Shown: positions 48,021 to 59,009 of the stretch, in pieces
How positions within the stretch are numbered: the stretch's first letter is position 1
How the letters are laid out: the number at the start of each line of letters is the position of its first letter
From: Candidatus Kapaibacterium sp.
Lineage (GTDB): Bacteria; Bacteroidota; Ignavibacteria; Kapaibacteriales; UBA2268
Direction: 5' to 3'
Length of the DNA stretch: 64,000 nt
Assembly (NCBI GenBank): GCA_963665665.1
Contig: OY762428.1
Coordinates: 1,728,001 to 1,792,000, forward strand
Notes under the pieces: generated by a model
What the model was told of the DNA's origin: nothing
The model's input: the letters and a program-made list of their open reading frames with translations, nothing else
The model's database searches: none
Program-made: the position numbers and the translations under genes

Positions 48021-49964
48021 CCTCCCAAACCCTCCCCGAAGGAGAGGGCTTTGAAGAAGAATAAGGCGGCAATGAGTTAGAACATCAGTGCAATAACTTA
48101 GACCAAGGCAGTAATAGGTTAAACCATTGGTGCTTTGCTTTCGACACTTTCTACCTCCCCCCGCCCCCCTCCTTCAAAAGGAGGGGGAGTTAATTCTATG
48201 ATATTTAACTTCTTATCCCCTCCTCGGGGAGGAGGGGAATAAAGGGGTGGTTTTCTTGCTTTGCTTTGGGTCAGGGCACATTTATCCACGCGCTAAAGCA
48301 CCTGGCCATTGAATTTGACGATTATAAGGCTGGGATGTAATCCTGAGCACCAGTGAAGAATCCATTCTTAATACCTAATCTGCAAAGAAAGATGGATTCT
48401 TCACTTTGTTCAGAATGACGGATGGGAATGTCCCCCGCTGGCGGGGGTGGATTCTTAAAATTCCCCTCGTTGAGGGGTGGCGAGCGCAGCGAGTTCCCGA
48501 CACGTCGGGACAGGCAGGGGTGGATTCTTCACACACTATCTGCAAAGAAAGATGGATTCTTCGGTCGCTTCGCTCCGTCAGAATGACAACATAACACCTC
48601 ATTCTTTTGCTCAGTTTACCCGTTCTTCCACCCAAATGAACAGGCCGCCGGCCTTAATTCCCCAACCTGTGGTTTCAATGAATCGGATAATTTCCTTATT
48701 TCAATGCTGTTTTTAATCAAAACCATGATGTTTGGGCTAATTGCTTTGTTGGCAGGGCTTTAAACTGCCTTGGCCGGAGTTATTGAACTACTGTTTGGCC
48801 TTAATGTAGTGAAATTTGGCCTCATTGAACACTTGGTTGACCTTATTGAACACTTGGTTGACCTTACTGAACACTTGGTTGACCTTATTGAACACTTGGT
48901 TGACCTTACTGAACACTTGGTTGACCTTACTGAACACTTGGTTGACCTTACTGAACACTTGGTTGACCTTACTGAACACTTGGTTGACCTTACTGAACAT
49001 GTTCTTTGCCTCCGACCAAGAGTTCAATGACTTCGACCAAGGCGTCAATAAAGCAAAACATTGCTGCAATAGTGTCGACCAAGAGTTCATTATCTTCAAA
49101 CATCAGTACAATGATTTGAAACAAGGCAGCAATAACTTCGAACAAGGCAGCAATGACTCCGACCAAGGCATCAATGACTTCAACCAAGGCGTCAATAACT
49201 TCAACCAAGGCATCAATAACTCCAAACAAGGCATCAATGACTTCGACCAAGGCATCAATAACTCCGACCAAGGCATCAATAAAGCAAAACATTGCTGCAA
49301 TAGGTGCAAACAAGAGTTCATTATCTTCAAACAAGGCGGCAATAAAGCAAAACATTGGTGCAATGACTTCAACCAAGGCAGCAATAAAGCAAAACATTGC
49401 TGCAATAGTGTCGAACAAGACCTCAATACCTCTGACCCCTCCCAAACCCTCCCCGAAGGAGAGGGCTTTGAAGAAGAATAAGGCGGCAATGAGTTAGAAC
49501 ATCAGTGCAATAACTTAGACCAAGGCAGTAATAGGTTAAACCATTGGTGCTTTGCTTTCGACACTTCCTACCTCCCCCCGCCCCCCTCCTTCAAAAGGAG
49601 GGGAAGTTAATTCTATGATATTTAACTTCTTATCCCCTCCTAAAGTAGGAGGGGAATACAGGGGTGGTTTTCTTGCTTTGCTTCCGGTCAGGGCACATTT
49701 ATCCACGCGCTAAAGCACCTGGCCATTGAATTTGACGATTATAAGGCTGGGATGTAATCCTGAGCACCAGTGAAGAATCCATTCTTCACACACTATCTAA
49801 CTAAAGAAGATGGATTCTTCCGTCGCTTCGCTCCGTCAGAATAACAGATGAAGAGTACGCTGCTGCCATGCAGAAAATGTGATGGAATATTATCATTACA
49901 TAATCATCTTATAATCTATTACCTGCTTACAATTATATATTACATTGAACCGTTCATAGTTATT

Positions 49965-51401
49965 ATGAAAATATTAGTAACCGGCGCTACAGGATATATC
50001 GGAAAAAGGCTGATCCCTATTTTATTACAAAAGGGACATAATGTGATATGTGCTGTCAGGAATGTATCCAGATGGATTAAATATGATATGCCTGAGGGAA
50101 ATATAACACCTGTTGAAATTGATTTTCTTGATTCTCCCGAAAACTATCCCGAAATTGAAGCTGATGCTGCTTATTATCTGATTCATTCCATGAGCAGTTC
50201 ACTGAATGAATTCCGGGAAATGGAAGAACGAACAGCACGCAATTTCAAACAATTTGCTGTTAAAGGCAGGGTTCGACAGGTAATTTACCTGAGCGGTATT
50301 GCAAATGAGAACGAATTATCAGAACACCTGCAATCACGAAAAAACACAGAAGACATTTTAAAATCTGATAAATACTCTTTGACGGTACTTCGTGCAGGAA
50401 TAATTGTCGGGTCGGGTTCCGCCTCTTTTGAAATAATCCGCGACCTGGTAGAGAAACTGCCGTTTATGATAACACCAAAATGGCTGAACACAAAAATACA
50501 GCCAATTGCCATCAGGGATGTGCTGAAATATTTAGTTATGACGATTGAAAATCCGGAATTCAAAAACAGAACCCTGGATATTGGCGGGCCGGATATTATG
50601 ACATATAAAGAAATGCTGATGGGATTCGCAGAAGTCAGGCAGTTGAAAAGAATGATCATAACATTGCCTGTTATGACTCCGAGATTATCTTCCTACTGGC
50701 TTTATTTTGTCACGTCAGTTTCGTACAAGCTTGCCGTGAACCTTGTTAAAAGTATGAAAATAGAAGTTGTATGCCGTGATAACACTGCTGCGGAACTATC
50801 CGGATTCGAACATATTTCTTATAAAGACTCGGTAAAGCTGGCATTCACAAAAATCGAAAATCATGAAGTTCCGTCCAGTTGGAAGGATTCGCTTGTAAGC
50901 AGTTCTGCCAATCCCTCATTTATGAACAGGGTATCGGTTCCCAGGCATGGCTGTTTTAAGGATATTCAAAGTATAAGGATAATTGACAGAGAAAAAACTA
51001 TACAAAACATCTTCTCCATTGGCGGTGATAATGGCTGGTACTACCTGAATTTTCTATGGTCAATAAGAGGATTCTTAGATAAACTTCTTGGCGGCGTCGG
51101 GTTGAGAAGGGGCCGGACTGATACTGAACATATCTCGTCAGGTGATGCACTTGATTTCTGGCGTGTACTTTATGCAGACAAACAGGCAGGCCGGCTTTTA
51201 CTCTATGCTGAAATGAAACTACCCGGCGAGGCCTGGCTGGAATTCAGAATTGAAGGCGAGGGCAAACGGCAATATCTGGTTCAGGAAGCAACATTTCGCC
51301 CGAAGGGATTATCGGGCAGAATGTACTGGTATTCTATGCTACCGTTTCATTTTTTTGTTTTCTCGGGTATGGCAGCTGCTATTGCTTCAGAAAAAAATTA
51401 A
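49965..51401 (+). CDS. Atypical SDR oxidoreductase with DUF2867 (YbjT-like)
   Basis: ILVTGATGYIG, AYYLIHSM, GSGSASFE, GDALDFWRV, AEMKLPGEAWLEF. Confidence 0.85.
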   Translation: MKILVTGATGYIGKRLIPILLQKGHNVICAVRNVSRWIKYDMPEGNITPVEIDFLDSPENYPEIEADAAYYLIHSMSSSLNEFREMEERTARNFKQFAVKGRVRQVIYLSGIANENELSEHLQSRKNTEDILKSDKYSLTVLRAGIIVGSGSASFEIIRDLVEKLPFMITPKWLNTKIQPIAIRDVLKYLVMTIENPEFKNRTLDIGGPDIMTYKEMLMGFAEVRQLKRMIITLPVMTPRLSSYWLYFVTSVSYKLAVNLVKSMKIEVVCRDNTAAELSGFEHISYKDSVKLAFTKIENHEVPSSWKDSLVSSSANPSFMNRVSVPRHGCFKDIQSIRIIDREKTIQNIFSIGGDNGWYYLNFLWSIRGFLDKLLGGVGLRRGRTDTEHISSGDALDFWRVLYADKQAGRLLLYAEMKLPGEAWLEFRIEGEGKRQYLVQEATFRPKGLSGRMYWYSMLPFHFFVFSGMAAAIASEKN

Positions 51402-51609
51402 AGCCATCTCATACTAAAACCGGAATGTATCAATTTATAATTACAGATTAATAAGCTGAATTATTAATAATTCAGCCTGCAGCCTGAAATAATTATCTGA
51501 TCTACTATATAATTGCAGCAAGCATCATTCCTGGAAAATCAAAGCTGAAATTACACGTCAAAAAGTATTAAGTAGTTTGTTATTAAATTTTTACAAATAA
51601 GGATAATAT

Positions 51610-52203
51610 ATGAACGATTTTTGGAACAAAAGATATTCAGATAAAAATTACGCTTATGGCAAAGAACCGAATAAATATTTTAAAAAGTTTATTGACAAAC
51701 TCAGCCCGGGTAAAATACTGCTCCCCGCAGATGGCGAAGGCAGGAATTCTGTATATGCTGCCGAACGTGGCTGGGATGTATATGCTTATGACGGCAGCAG
51801 CGAAGGGCAAAAAAAAGCATTGCTGCTTGCCGAAGAAAAAAATGTGAAAATTGAATATAAAGTATCAGATGTACAGGATTATAAAACAAATGAAACCTTT
51901 GATGTCATTTCCACTGTGTTCCTGCACCTCCCACCGGATACCAGGGCGGGATTCCATTCAACGCTGCCATCGTTTATAAGGCCCGGCGGTGAAATTCATA
52001 TACTTGGATTTTCAAAAAAACAAATTGAAAACAATACAGGTGGGCCAAAGAATATTGATTGGCTCTATTCATCTGAAATGTTGACCCGGGACTTCCAGGA
52101 TCTGAAAATAATTAAATGCATTGATTTTGAAGATCCAATCAGCGAAGGGCCACATCATTCCGGGCCTGCCGCAATGATTGAATTTATTGCCGTGAAGCAA
52201 TAG
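51610..52203 (+). CDS. Class I SAM-dependent methyltransferase
   Basis: WNKRY...YAYGKEPN, ADGEGRNSV, TGGPK. Confidence 0.85.
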   Translation: MNDFWNKRYSDKNYAYGKEPNKYFKKFIDKLSPGKILLPADGEGRNSVYAAERGWDVYAYDGSSEGQKKALLLAEEKNVKIEYKVSDVQDYKTNETFDVISTVFLHLPPDTRAGFHSTLPSFIRPGGEIHILGFSKKQIENNTGGPKNIDWLYSSEMLTRDFQDLKIIKCIDFEDPISEGPHHSGPAAMIEFIAVKQ

Positions 52204-52603
52204 TAAAAAGCATTTTAAAAATATTTTCAACGTTTTGTGATCCTCAAAAAGGGAGTAGTATGAAATACAAGATAATTTTAATTGAATTTTATATTATAAT
52301 ACCCTTTCTAATTCAAATCAGTTACACGAATCCCAAAGCAATATTCAGGAACAGATTCCGCAGCAGTCAGAGTTCCTTTTTTCGTGGATTCGCCCCGCAA
52401 TGTTAGCCTGATAAATATCTTGTGGTTTTGCTCATAAAAACCAGGCCTAACGAATTCATGCCTTGATGTTTTTCAATAACAGCTGTTCGGGATCAACTAA
52501 ATGCCCGGGGATTTTTATATTATTGCAAAATAATATCTTTACTTTTTCAATTCTTTTTTTTAATATTAGCAATCTTTAATTGTGATAATTGAAAGGTATC
52601 CCT

Positions 52604-54769
52604 ATGAGAATTCCCTTACGAACTTCGAAATGTATATTCCGGATTATTCCTTTTTTACTTTTTTTCATCCATATCAGCTTGTCGGCACAGGATCCGAGAT
52701 ATATCAACACCAAAGACCATTCTGTTCTGATAAATGCCTTAGCGAATGAAGCGGACAATTCAATAACCCTGAGTTGGCTGGAGAATGACCTGGAACTGGG
52801 ATATAAAATTGAAAGAAGAAAGCTCGGAGCCTCCTATTTCCCGATATCGCCACTGGCAGAGCTGGAAGGAAAGATTCATGAATTTGTTGATAATGGTGTT
52901 GAACCTGGGCAAATTTATGAATATAAGATTACCGGCCTTCGCAATGGCTCTGTATCTCTTACCTTTGAAAGACAGGACGGAACTGAATTCGATTCGGCTG
53001 TTGCATTTAATTTCAATTCCTACGGCTATATTCTTGCAGGAGTAAAAGCAGTTAGCGATAATCAGACTGGCAGGCTGCTTTTGCTTGTTGATGAAACAAT
53101 TGCCGAACCTTTGCAAGCTGAAATTGAACGATACAAAATTCAGGCAGCCAACGAAGGCTGGGATGTTGTCAGCCGTGAAGTCCCGAGAACTGAAAAATTT
53201 GACGGGAACGCCGTTGTTCAGGTAAAATCAGTGATACTGGATGTATATACTGAATATCAGGATCTTAGCCATATATTTATTCTCGGCAGGGTGGCAGTCC
53301 CCTATTCGGGCAGAATCAATCCCGACGCACACAAAAATCATATTGGTGCCTGGCCTGCTGATGTTTATTACGGAATTGCCTACGACAACAACTGGAAAGA
53401 TCAGACAATATATGATACTTCCGCTTCACGCCAACAAAACAGGAACATACCCGGCGACGGAAAATTCGACATATCAATGCTTAGTACCGCGATAGTTAAT
53501 TTCGCCGTGGGCAGGGTTGATTTTTATGACATGCCGGAGTTTGAAGAAAATGAGATCGAACTTCTCCGGAACTATCTTGACAAGAACTATCAATACAGAA
53601 CCGGTAATACCGCTTATCAGACACGCGGCCTTGTTGATGACAACTTCGGTGCCAAAAAATATCTGGAAGGCTTCGGATCAAGCGGCTGGAGAAATCTTGC
53701 GTCTCTTTGCGGAAAAGACAATGTAGTTTCGCTTGACTGGTTTACTACACTTGAAGAACAGTCATATCTGTGGGCTTACGGTTGCGGTGGCGGCACATAT
53801 ATTAAAGCCGGAGGAATAGGATTTACGGAGAACTTTGCAAACGCCCCCGCCGTGAATGCTGTTTTCACTATGCTTTTCGGATCTTATTTCGGAGACTGGG
53901 ATTCTCAGAACAATTTTCTAAGGGCATCACTTGCATCGAAACCTTCGATTCTGACATGTGCCTGGGCCGGTAGGCCGCCCTGGTATTTTCACCACATGGC
54001 AGCTGGTATGAATATTGGTTTTTCTACTGTGCTTTCGCAAACAAATTCCACTGAATACCTGCCAAATGGTTACTTCCTGAATGGCCCGAATGGAAATGCA
54101 AGCGTTCAGCAATACGGCACTAAGCAGGTACACGCAGCCCTGATGGGCGACCCTACACTGAGAATGTTTATGGGAAATAAAGCCCCGGAAAATTTCAAAG
54201 TTACTAGCAATGAAAACGGTACTGCTCTTCTTACCTGGAACAGCCCCGATGGTGTTTCTGATGATCACTATTTTGATGTTTACCAGGACTATCTGCCTGA
54301 TAACGAAAGTTTTGAAAAAATTAATATTGAACCTGTCAGAACAAATAGCTTTGATATTGGTTATGAAACCGACGGAGACTATAAATTCAAACTTGTACTG
54401 ATGGAACTTAAGGAAACCAATACCGGATCGTTCTACATGCAGGGAGAATGCAGCACAGTGCAGGCCACCCTGCTTGACGTGCCTGAAGACGAGAGGGCAA
54501 ACAGCCTGATATCCCAACCTAATCCTGCCACGGATAATTCTACAATTACAATAAGCATGGCCAATCCCGCCGAACTAAGGGTTGTGGTTTATGATATTGC
54601 GGGTTTGCCTGTAAAAACACTGTTCGGCGGCAGGAAAGCGGCAGGAAGCCATAGTATAGCCTGGTCTCTTACTGATGATGGCGGACACAAGCTTCCCGCA
54701 GGAGTTTACTTTATACATTATTCAATCGGAAGCCAAAGCGGTTCTGAAAAGATAGTAATATTAAGGTAG
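52604..54769 (+). CDS. Secreted FN3-containing protein with a possible gingipain(C25)-like core and T9SS sorting domain
   Basis: Signal peptide, FN3-like ends, ILGRVAVPYSG, AWPADVYY, LMGDPTL, QPNPA...LPAGVYFI. Confidence 0.65.
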   Translation: MRIPLRTSKCIFRIIPFLLFFIHISLSAQDPRYINTKDHSVLINALANEADNSITLSWLENDLELGYKIERRKLGASYFPISPLAELEGKIHEFVDNGVEPGQIYEYKITGLRNGSVSLTFERQDGTEFDSAVAFNFNSYGYILAGVKAVSDNQTGRLLLLVDETIAEPLQAEIERYKIQAANEGWDVVSREVPRTEKFDGNAVVQVKSVILDVYTEYQDLSHIFILGRVAVPYSGRINPDAHKNHIGAWPADVYYGIAYDNNWKDQTIYDTSASRQQNRNIPGDGKFDISMLSTAIVNFAVGRVDFYDMPEFEENEIELLRNYLDKNYQYRTGNTAYQTRGLVDDNFGAKKYLEGFGSSGWRNLASLCGKDNVVSLDWFTTLEEQSYLWAYGCGGGTYIKAGGIGFTENFANAPAVNAVFTMLFGSYFGDWDSQNNFLRASLASKPSILTCAWAGRPPWYFHHMAAGMNIGFSTVLSQTNSTEYLPNGYFLNGPNGNASVQQYGTKQVHAALMGDPTLRMFMGNKAPENFKVTSNENGTALLTWNSPDGVSDDHYFDVYQDYLPDNESFEKINIEPVRTNSFDIGYETDGDYKFKLVLMELKETNTGSFYMQGECSTVQATLLDVPEDERANSLISQPNPATDNSTITISMANPAELRVVVYDIAGLPVKTLFGGRKAAGSHSIAWSLTDDGGHKLPAGVYFIHYSIGSQSGSEKIVILR

Positions 54770-54875
54770 CTCATCTTTCCGATATTGATACAATTTTATC
54801 AGGATTATGTATGTATCGTAACCATTCGGACTGTGTTAAACTAATTGAATATTTTACAAAATAACAGCTGAAAAG

Positions 54876-54983
54876 TGTCATTCCCCGATAAATCGGGGCA
54901 GGCTTCCGCATTTTGCGAGTGAAGAATCCACGTAATATGCAGAATATGTTGAAGAATGGATACTTCGCTTTGCTCAGTATGAC
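54876..54983. repeat. REP doublet with nested palindrome
   Basis: GTCATTC[CCCGATAAATCGGGGCAGGCTTC]...GAAGAATCC...CTTCGCTTTGCTCAGTATGAC. Confidence 0.6.
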
Positions 54984-55111
54984 TGCTTTCTACAATTTAT
55001 CAGATTTATATTGTTCAGCTGAACAGCAACAATGATTTTAATAATATAGCTTGCATATTTGATCATGATAATTATATTTTGCAGGAATATTTTATTAAAG
55101 GATAAAAATAC

Positions 55112-56182
55112 ATGACTGAACTTATAAAACTTCTTTCCATTTCAGATTTAAAATGGGTTAACGCACCTATTGTTCTGGCACTTTATGTTGTTATTGCAAT
55201 AATTATCGACCTGATTATACGCAAAGTACTGATAAAACTTACAAAATTTACCAAATCGAATATCGATGATAAAATTGTAATGCTCCTACGCAAGCCGATA
55301 TTCTATTCAATTTTAGCAACAGGCCTGCTTGGTGCTTTAAAGATCCTTGAGCTGTCGGGAAATTATGAACTAACTTCAAGAAGAGTGATTTATTCCATTG
55401 TTGTTCTTATCTGGATAATAGTAATTATCAGGGCTTTGAAGCATGTAATCAGCGAGGCTATATATAAACTATCCGACCATACCGGCCTTGGGAAGGACAT
55501 TGTTCCGCTGATAACGAATATTGCCAAAATTGCAGTAATAATTGCCGGTGTAATGACGCTGCTTGCAGTCTGGCATGTGGATATCACACCTATATGGGCA
55601 TCGGCAGGTATAGCCAGCGCTATTATTGCCCTGGCAGCAAAAGATACCCTGGCAAATTTCTTTGGCGGTATAAGTGTCTATTTCGACAAGCCTTATAAAG
55701 TGGGCGACTATATTGAACTGGATCAGAAGGAACGCGGCGAGGTTGTTGAAATTGGTATCCGCAGCACAAGAATAAAAACCAGGGATGATATTTTGATTTC
55801 CATCCCGAACAGCATTATTGCCAATTCAAAAATAGTAAACGAAAGCGCACCTGTTGAACATTTCCGCGTTAGAATACCTATTGGCGTTGCTTACGGATCG
55901 GATATTGATAAAGTGGAAACATTGCTATTGAGCGTAGCATTAGAAAATGATAATATTATAGAAGACCCCGAGCCGCGTGTGCGTTTCAGAAATTTCGGAG
56001 ACTCCAGCCTGAATTTCGAGCTGCTCTGCTGGGCCAAGGAGCCTGCCCTGCGCGGCCTGACAATACATGAAATGAATAAAAAAATCTATAAACTTTTTGC
56101 AGAAGAAAATGTTACAATACCCTTCCCGCAAAGAGATCTGCACATTATCAGCCATAAGCGGGACAAAAGCGATAATAATTAG
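55112..56182 (+). CDS. mscS: Small-conductance mechanosensitive channel
   Basis: ALAAKDTLANFFGG, KPYKVGDYI, IGIRST, IPNS, IPFPQRDL. Confidence 0.9.
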   Translation: MTELIKLLSISDLKWVNAPIVLALYVVIAIIIDLIIRKVLIKLTKFTKSNIDDKIVMLLRKPIFYSILATGLLGALKILELSGNYELTSRRVIYSIVVLIWIIVIIRALKHVISEAIYKLSDHTGLGKDIVPLITNIAKIAVIIAGVMTLLAVWHVDITPIWASAGIASAIIALAAKDTLANFFGGISVYFDKPYKVGDYIELDQKERGEVVEIGIRSTRIKTRDDILISIPNSIIANSKIVNESAPVEHFRVRIPIGVAYGSDIDKVETLLLSVALENDNIIEDPEPRVRFRNFGDSSLNFELLCWAKEPALRGLTIHEMNKKIYKLFAEENVTIPFPQRDLHIISHKRDKSDNN

Positions 56183-56207
56183 AAATATTTCTTTTGGGAT
56201 AAAAATG

Positions 56208-56243
56208 AAAAGCCGTCCAAACTGTTTAAGTCCGGGCGGCTTT
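56208..56243. terminator. Bidirectional terminator-like hairpin between convergent genes
   Basis: AAAGCCGTCC...GGGCGGCTTT. Confidence 0.5.
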
Positions 56244-56269
56244 GCAATATTTATTCAATATCAATCAAA

Positions 56270-57103
56270 TTACATCATCGTAAGAAATGACAAAAATGGC
56301 ACTGCCTGGGCCAAAGCAAATAAAATAAGGCCAAATCCAAGCCATGTTGCAAATACTGCAATAATAAACTTTGTTGAATTTTCAGACCTGTACATCTTGG
56401 CAAGGCCTAATCCAAGAACCCAATAGAACCAAATCCTTAACGGGTCGAGTTTTGATGTAATAAAGAAAGTGAAATCTCCGGGTTCAGAACCCATTACGGC
56501 AGCAACACTTGTGCCCATAATAAATTTACCGGCTATCATAGTAATAAGCAAAATAACAAGTAGCTGAATACTTGTGATAAGTGTGGCTAACCCGTACACG
56601 GAAAGAGCCGAAGAATACGATCCTTCTCCCCTTAATATAAATCTTGCTAAAATAAACCAAACCAGCCCAAGCAGGAATACCTGCAGGAATGCCCAGATAA
56701 CAACTCCTATCATATTCATTATCGGGCCGGCCTCAAATTGTTTTTCCACCTGGGCATAAGCAGCATCCATTGCACTGTCTGCCTGCTCTTTTGTTAAAAA
56801 GCCTGCTTCCACCTGTTTGTCGATAGATTGCTCTGCCTGGTCCAAACCGAATTCTTTCAGTTGCTGTTTTATCTCAGGGCTTGAATACATCATAAATGTT
56901 GAAACAAAACTAACAGCAATCATTATTATAACGGGAATCAGCCAGTCAACAGCTTTTGGCTGGTATTTTGCCATTTTACCAAATGTTGCCGAGGGCGAAC
57001 TGATAACACCGACCAGTTTATCGGCAAGCGACGGTTCGTCTTCAGGGTTTGCAAATGGCGGGATATCCTGAGTTTCAGGCATTTGAGTATCATTTTCAGT
57101 CAT
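56270..57103 (-). CDS. Yip1-domain membrane protein
   Basis: SPSATF followed by about five TM helices; LDPL.IW. Confidence 0.75.
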   Translation of the reverse strand: MTENDTQMPETQDIPPFANPEDEPSLADKLVGVISSPSATFGKMAKYQPKAVDWLIPVIIMIAVSFVSTFMMYSSPEIKQQLKEFGLDQAEQSIDKQVEAGFLTKEQADSAMDAAYAQVEKQFEAGPIMNMIGVVIWAFLQVFLLGLVWFILARFILRGEGSYSSALSVYGLATLITSIQLLVILLITMIAGKFIMGTSVAAVMGSEPGDFTFFITSKLDPLRIWFYWVLGLGLAKMYRSENSTKFIIAVFATWLGFGLILFALAQAVPFLSFLTMM

Positions 57104-57343
57104 ATTTTCTCCATGATATTGCGAAAATTGTTTCTTCACCGGAATACGTAAAATAAAAAAAATTGTTCTACGGACAAATTGATAATAAAAAATGGGGCGC
57201 TCTATTCTCGGAAAAGTTAGCAGAAGCTTTAATATTTTTTACACAAATATAAGAGTCATAAATAATCAACAATATTATTTTGAATATTTGAAATATTTTT
57301 ATATGTTGTTATTATTGAATTACAATCAAATAGCGAGGAAATT

Positions 57344-58969
57344 ATGCCCAAATTTATCTTATTTTGTATTATTGCTTTTAGCTTTGTCTCATCGCCTCAT
57401 CTTAAAGCTGACGAGGATTCCCGTGAAGGAGATTCTCTGGCCCTGGTAGCACTGTATAATTCAACAAACGGCCCGGAATGGTATGATAGCAGAAACTGGC
57501 TCAGCAATGAACCTATTGACAAATGGGAAGGAATTGAAGTTCGTAATAACAGAGTTTTCTGCATCGATTTAATACGTAATGATTTGGTTGGTGAATTACC
57601 TGATGAGATTGGCAACCTAAAGTGGGTGCACTATTTTGCTTTGGCATTTAATCGCCTGGAAGGATCAATACCTGAAACTATTACAAATATTGGAAATTGC
57701 CAACTTCTTTATCTTAATGCTAATTGCCTGACTGGGCATATTCCAGATTCAATTTCTAAACTACAAAATCTTTTATGGCTTGATCTTAGTAATAATCGCC
57801 TGACTGGAAAGATTCCGAATTCTATATGTAGTATGAAAAAACTATCATCCATAGACCTTAGTCACAATATCATTTTTGGCGAATTGCCTGAAAAATTGTA
57901 TGAAATGGAAAATTTATCGAAATTAATATTAAGTGATAATAAAATAAGCGGCAATTTTATCGAACCCCTGCAAAATGCAAAAGAACTAAAGGAATTGTAT
58001 TTGAACAATAATGACATGATTGGAAGTTTAACTGATGATCTGTCTGGTTTTACCCGATTAGAAGTTTTAAATATCAGCTATAATAATTTTAGCGGATCAA
58101 TAACAAATAATCTTTCCGCTTTTTCAAAATTGAAAATCCTTGATATTAGTAATAATTATTTTTCAGGGACTATCCCGTCCGGGTTAAGTGCTTTAAAGGA
58201 TTTAGAAAAGTTTGATATATCAGGAAATAATTTTTCGGGCCAAATACCGAAGGAATTAACTGAATTACCTGAACTATCAGTTCTAAATCTGTCTTATAAT
58301 ATGTTTCAGGAAAAGTTTGACTTTGAATTAGATTCTCTGAAAAATTTAGACTATCTATATCTCGGAAATAATAAATACCAGTTTGATATGTTCGAAGAGA
58401 TTTATTCAGTTTTCGATCGACTGGACTATTATTGGATATCTCCTCAGGACTCAATCGGAGAAGCCCAAACCATTATAGCTGATCTGTATGATAATATAAT
58501 CCTATCGGCAGAATGCAGGGGGCTAAATAATATTTATCAATGGTATAAAGATAGAAAAGCTTTCAGTGAAAAATCGGATAACCCATTTCTTGAAATAAAT
58601 AATTTTTCTAAAATTGATACAGGTGTATATATTTGTAAAATAACCAATTCTTTAATTAAAGGTTTAAGAATCTATAGTAAACCACAGGTATTAAAATTAC
58701 CTCCTATGGGAATAAACGAAAACAATCAGGTTGTTAAGGATGATTTTGAAATATTTTTGGATTCTGAAAACCATTTGGCCGCAAAGTGGAACAATTTTCT
58801 TAGGGATGTGATTTTATATATTCACGATATTCGGGGCAGCAAAATATATGAAATCAATCCAGAAGGCAATTGTACAAATATCCCTGTGAATAACTTTTCA
58901 CCGGGAGTTTATATCTGTACAATTTCCGATGGCCTTAAATCATTTTCTAAAAAATTCATTGTCAGGTAG
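57344..58969 (+). CDS. Secreted plant-type LRR protein with Ig domain and T9SS sorting domain
   Basis: DSLALVALYNSTNGPEW cap, LxxLDLSxNxLxGxIP repeats, YQWYKD...GVYIC. Confidence 0.85.
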   Translation: MPKFILFCIIAFSFVSSPHLKADEDSREGDSLALVALYNSTNGPEWYDSRNWLSNEPIDKWEGIEVRNNRVFCIDLIRNDLVGELPDEIGNLKWVHYFALAFNRLEGSIPETITNIGNCQLLYLNANCLTGHIPDSISKLQNLLWLDLSNNRLTGKIPNSICSMKKLSSIDLSHNIIFGELPEKLYEMENLSKLILSDNKISGNFIEPLQNAKELKELYLNNNDMIGSLTDDLSGFTRLEVLNISYNNFSGSITNNLSAFSKLKILDISNNYFSGTIPSGLSALKDLEKFDISGNNFSGQIPKELTELPELSVLNLSYNMFQEKFDFELDSLKNLDYLYLGNNKYQFDMFEEIYSVFDRLDYYWISPQDSIGEAQTIIADLYDNIILSAECRGLNNIYQWYKDRKAFSEKSDNPFLEINNFSKIDTGVYICKITNSLIKGLRIYSKPQVLKLPPMGINENNQVVKDDFEIFLDSENHLAAKWNNFLRDVILYIHDIRGSKIYEINPEGNCTNIPVNNFSPGVYICTISDGLKSFSKKFIVR

Positions 58970-58975
58970 GAAATT

Positions 58976-59003
58976 GCAGCCTCCCCGATAAAAGGAGGCT
59001 GTT
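58976..59003. terminator. Hairpin terminator between convergent genes
   Basis: CAGCCTCC...GGAGGCTG. Confidence 0.55.
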
Positions 59004-59009
59004 TAAATT

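Larger units (their letters stand above)
46886..49790. repeat. Tandem duplication of a 1.4-kb unit made of REP elements and 21-nt arrays
   Basis: Junction GAATTTGACGATTATAAGGCTGGGATGT at 46915, 48311 and 49728 (periods 1396 and 1417). Confidence 0.95.

Noticed and set aside
47428-49437. CRISPR array
   Set aside because: Contiguous 21-bp tandem units with no unique spacers and no cas genes
46708-49497. Numerous heptad or REP-derived ORFs as real genes
   Set aside because: Open in several frames because of the repeat structure; no clear RBS or domain
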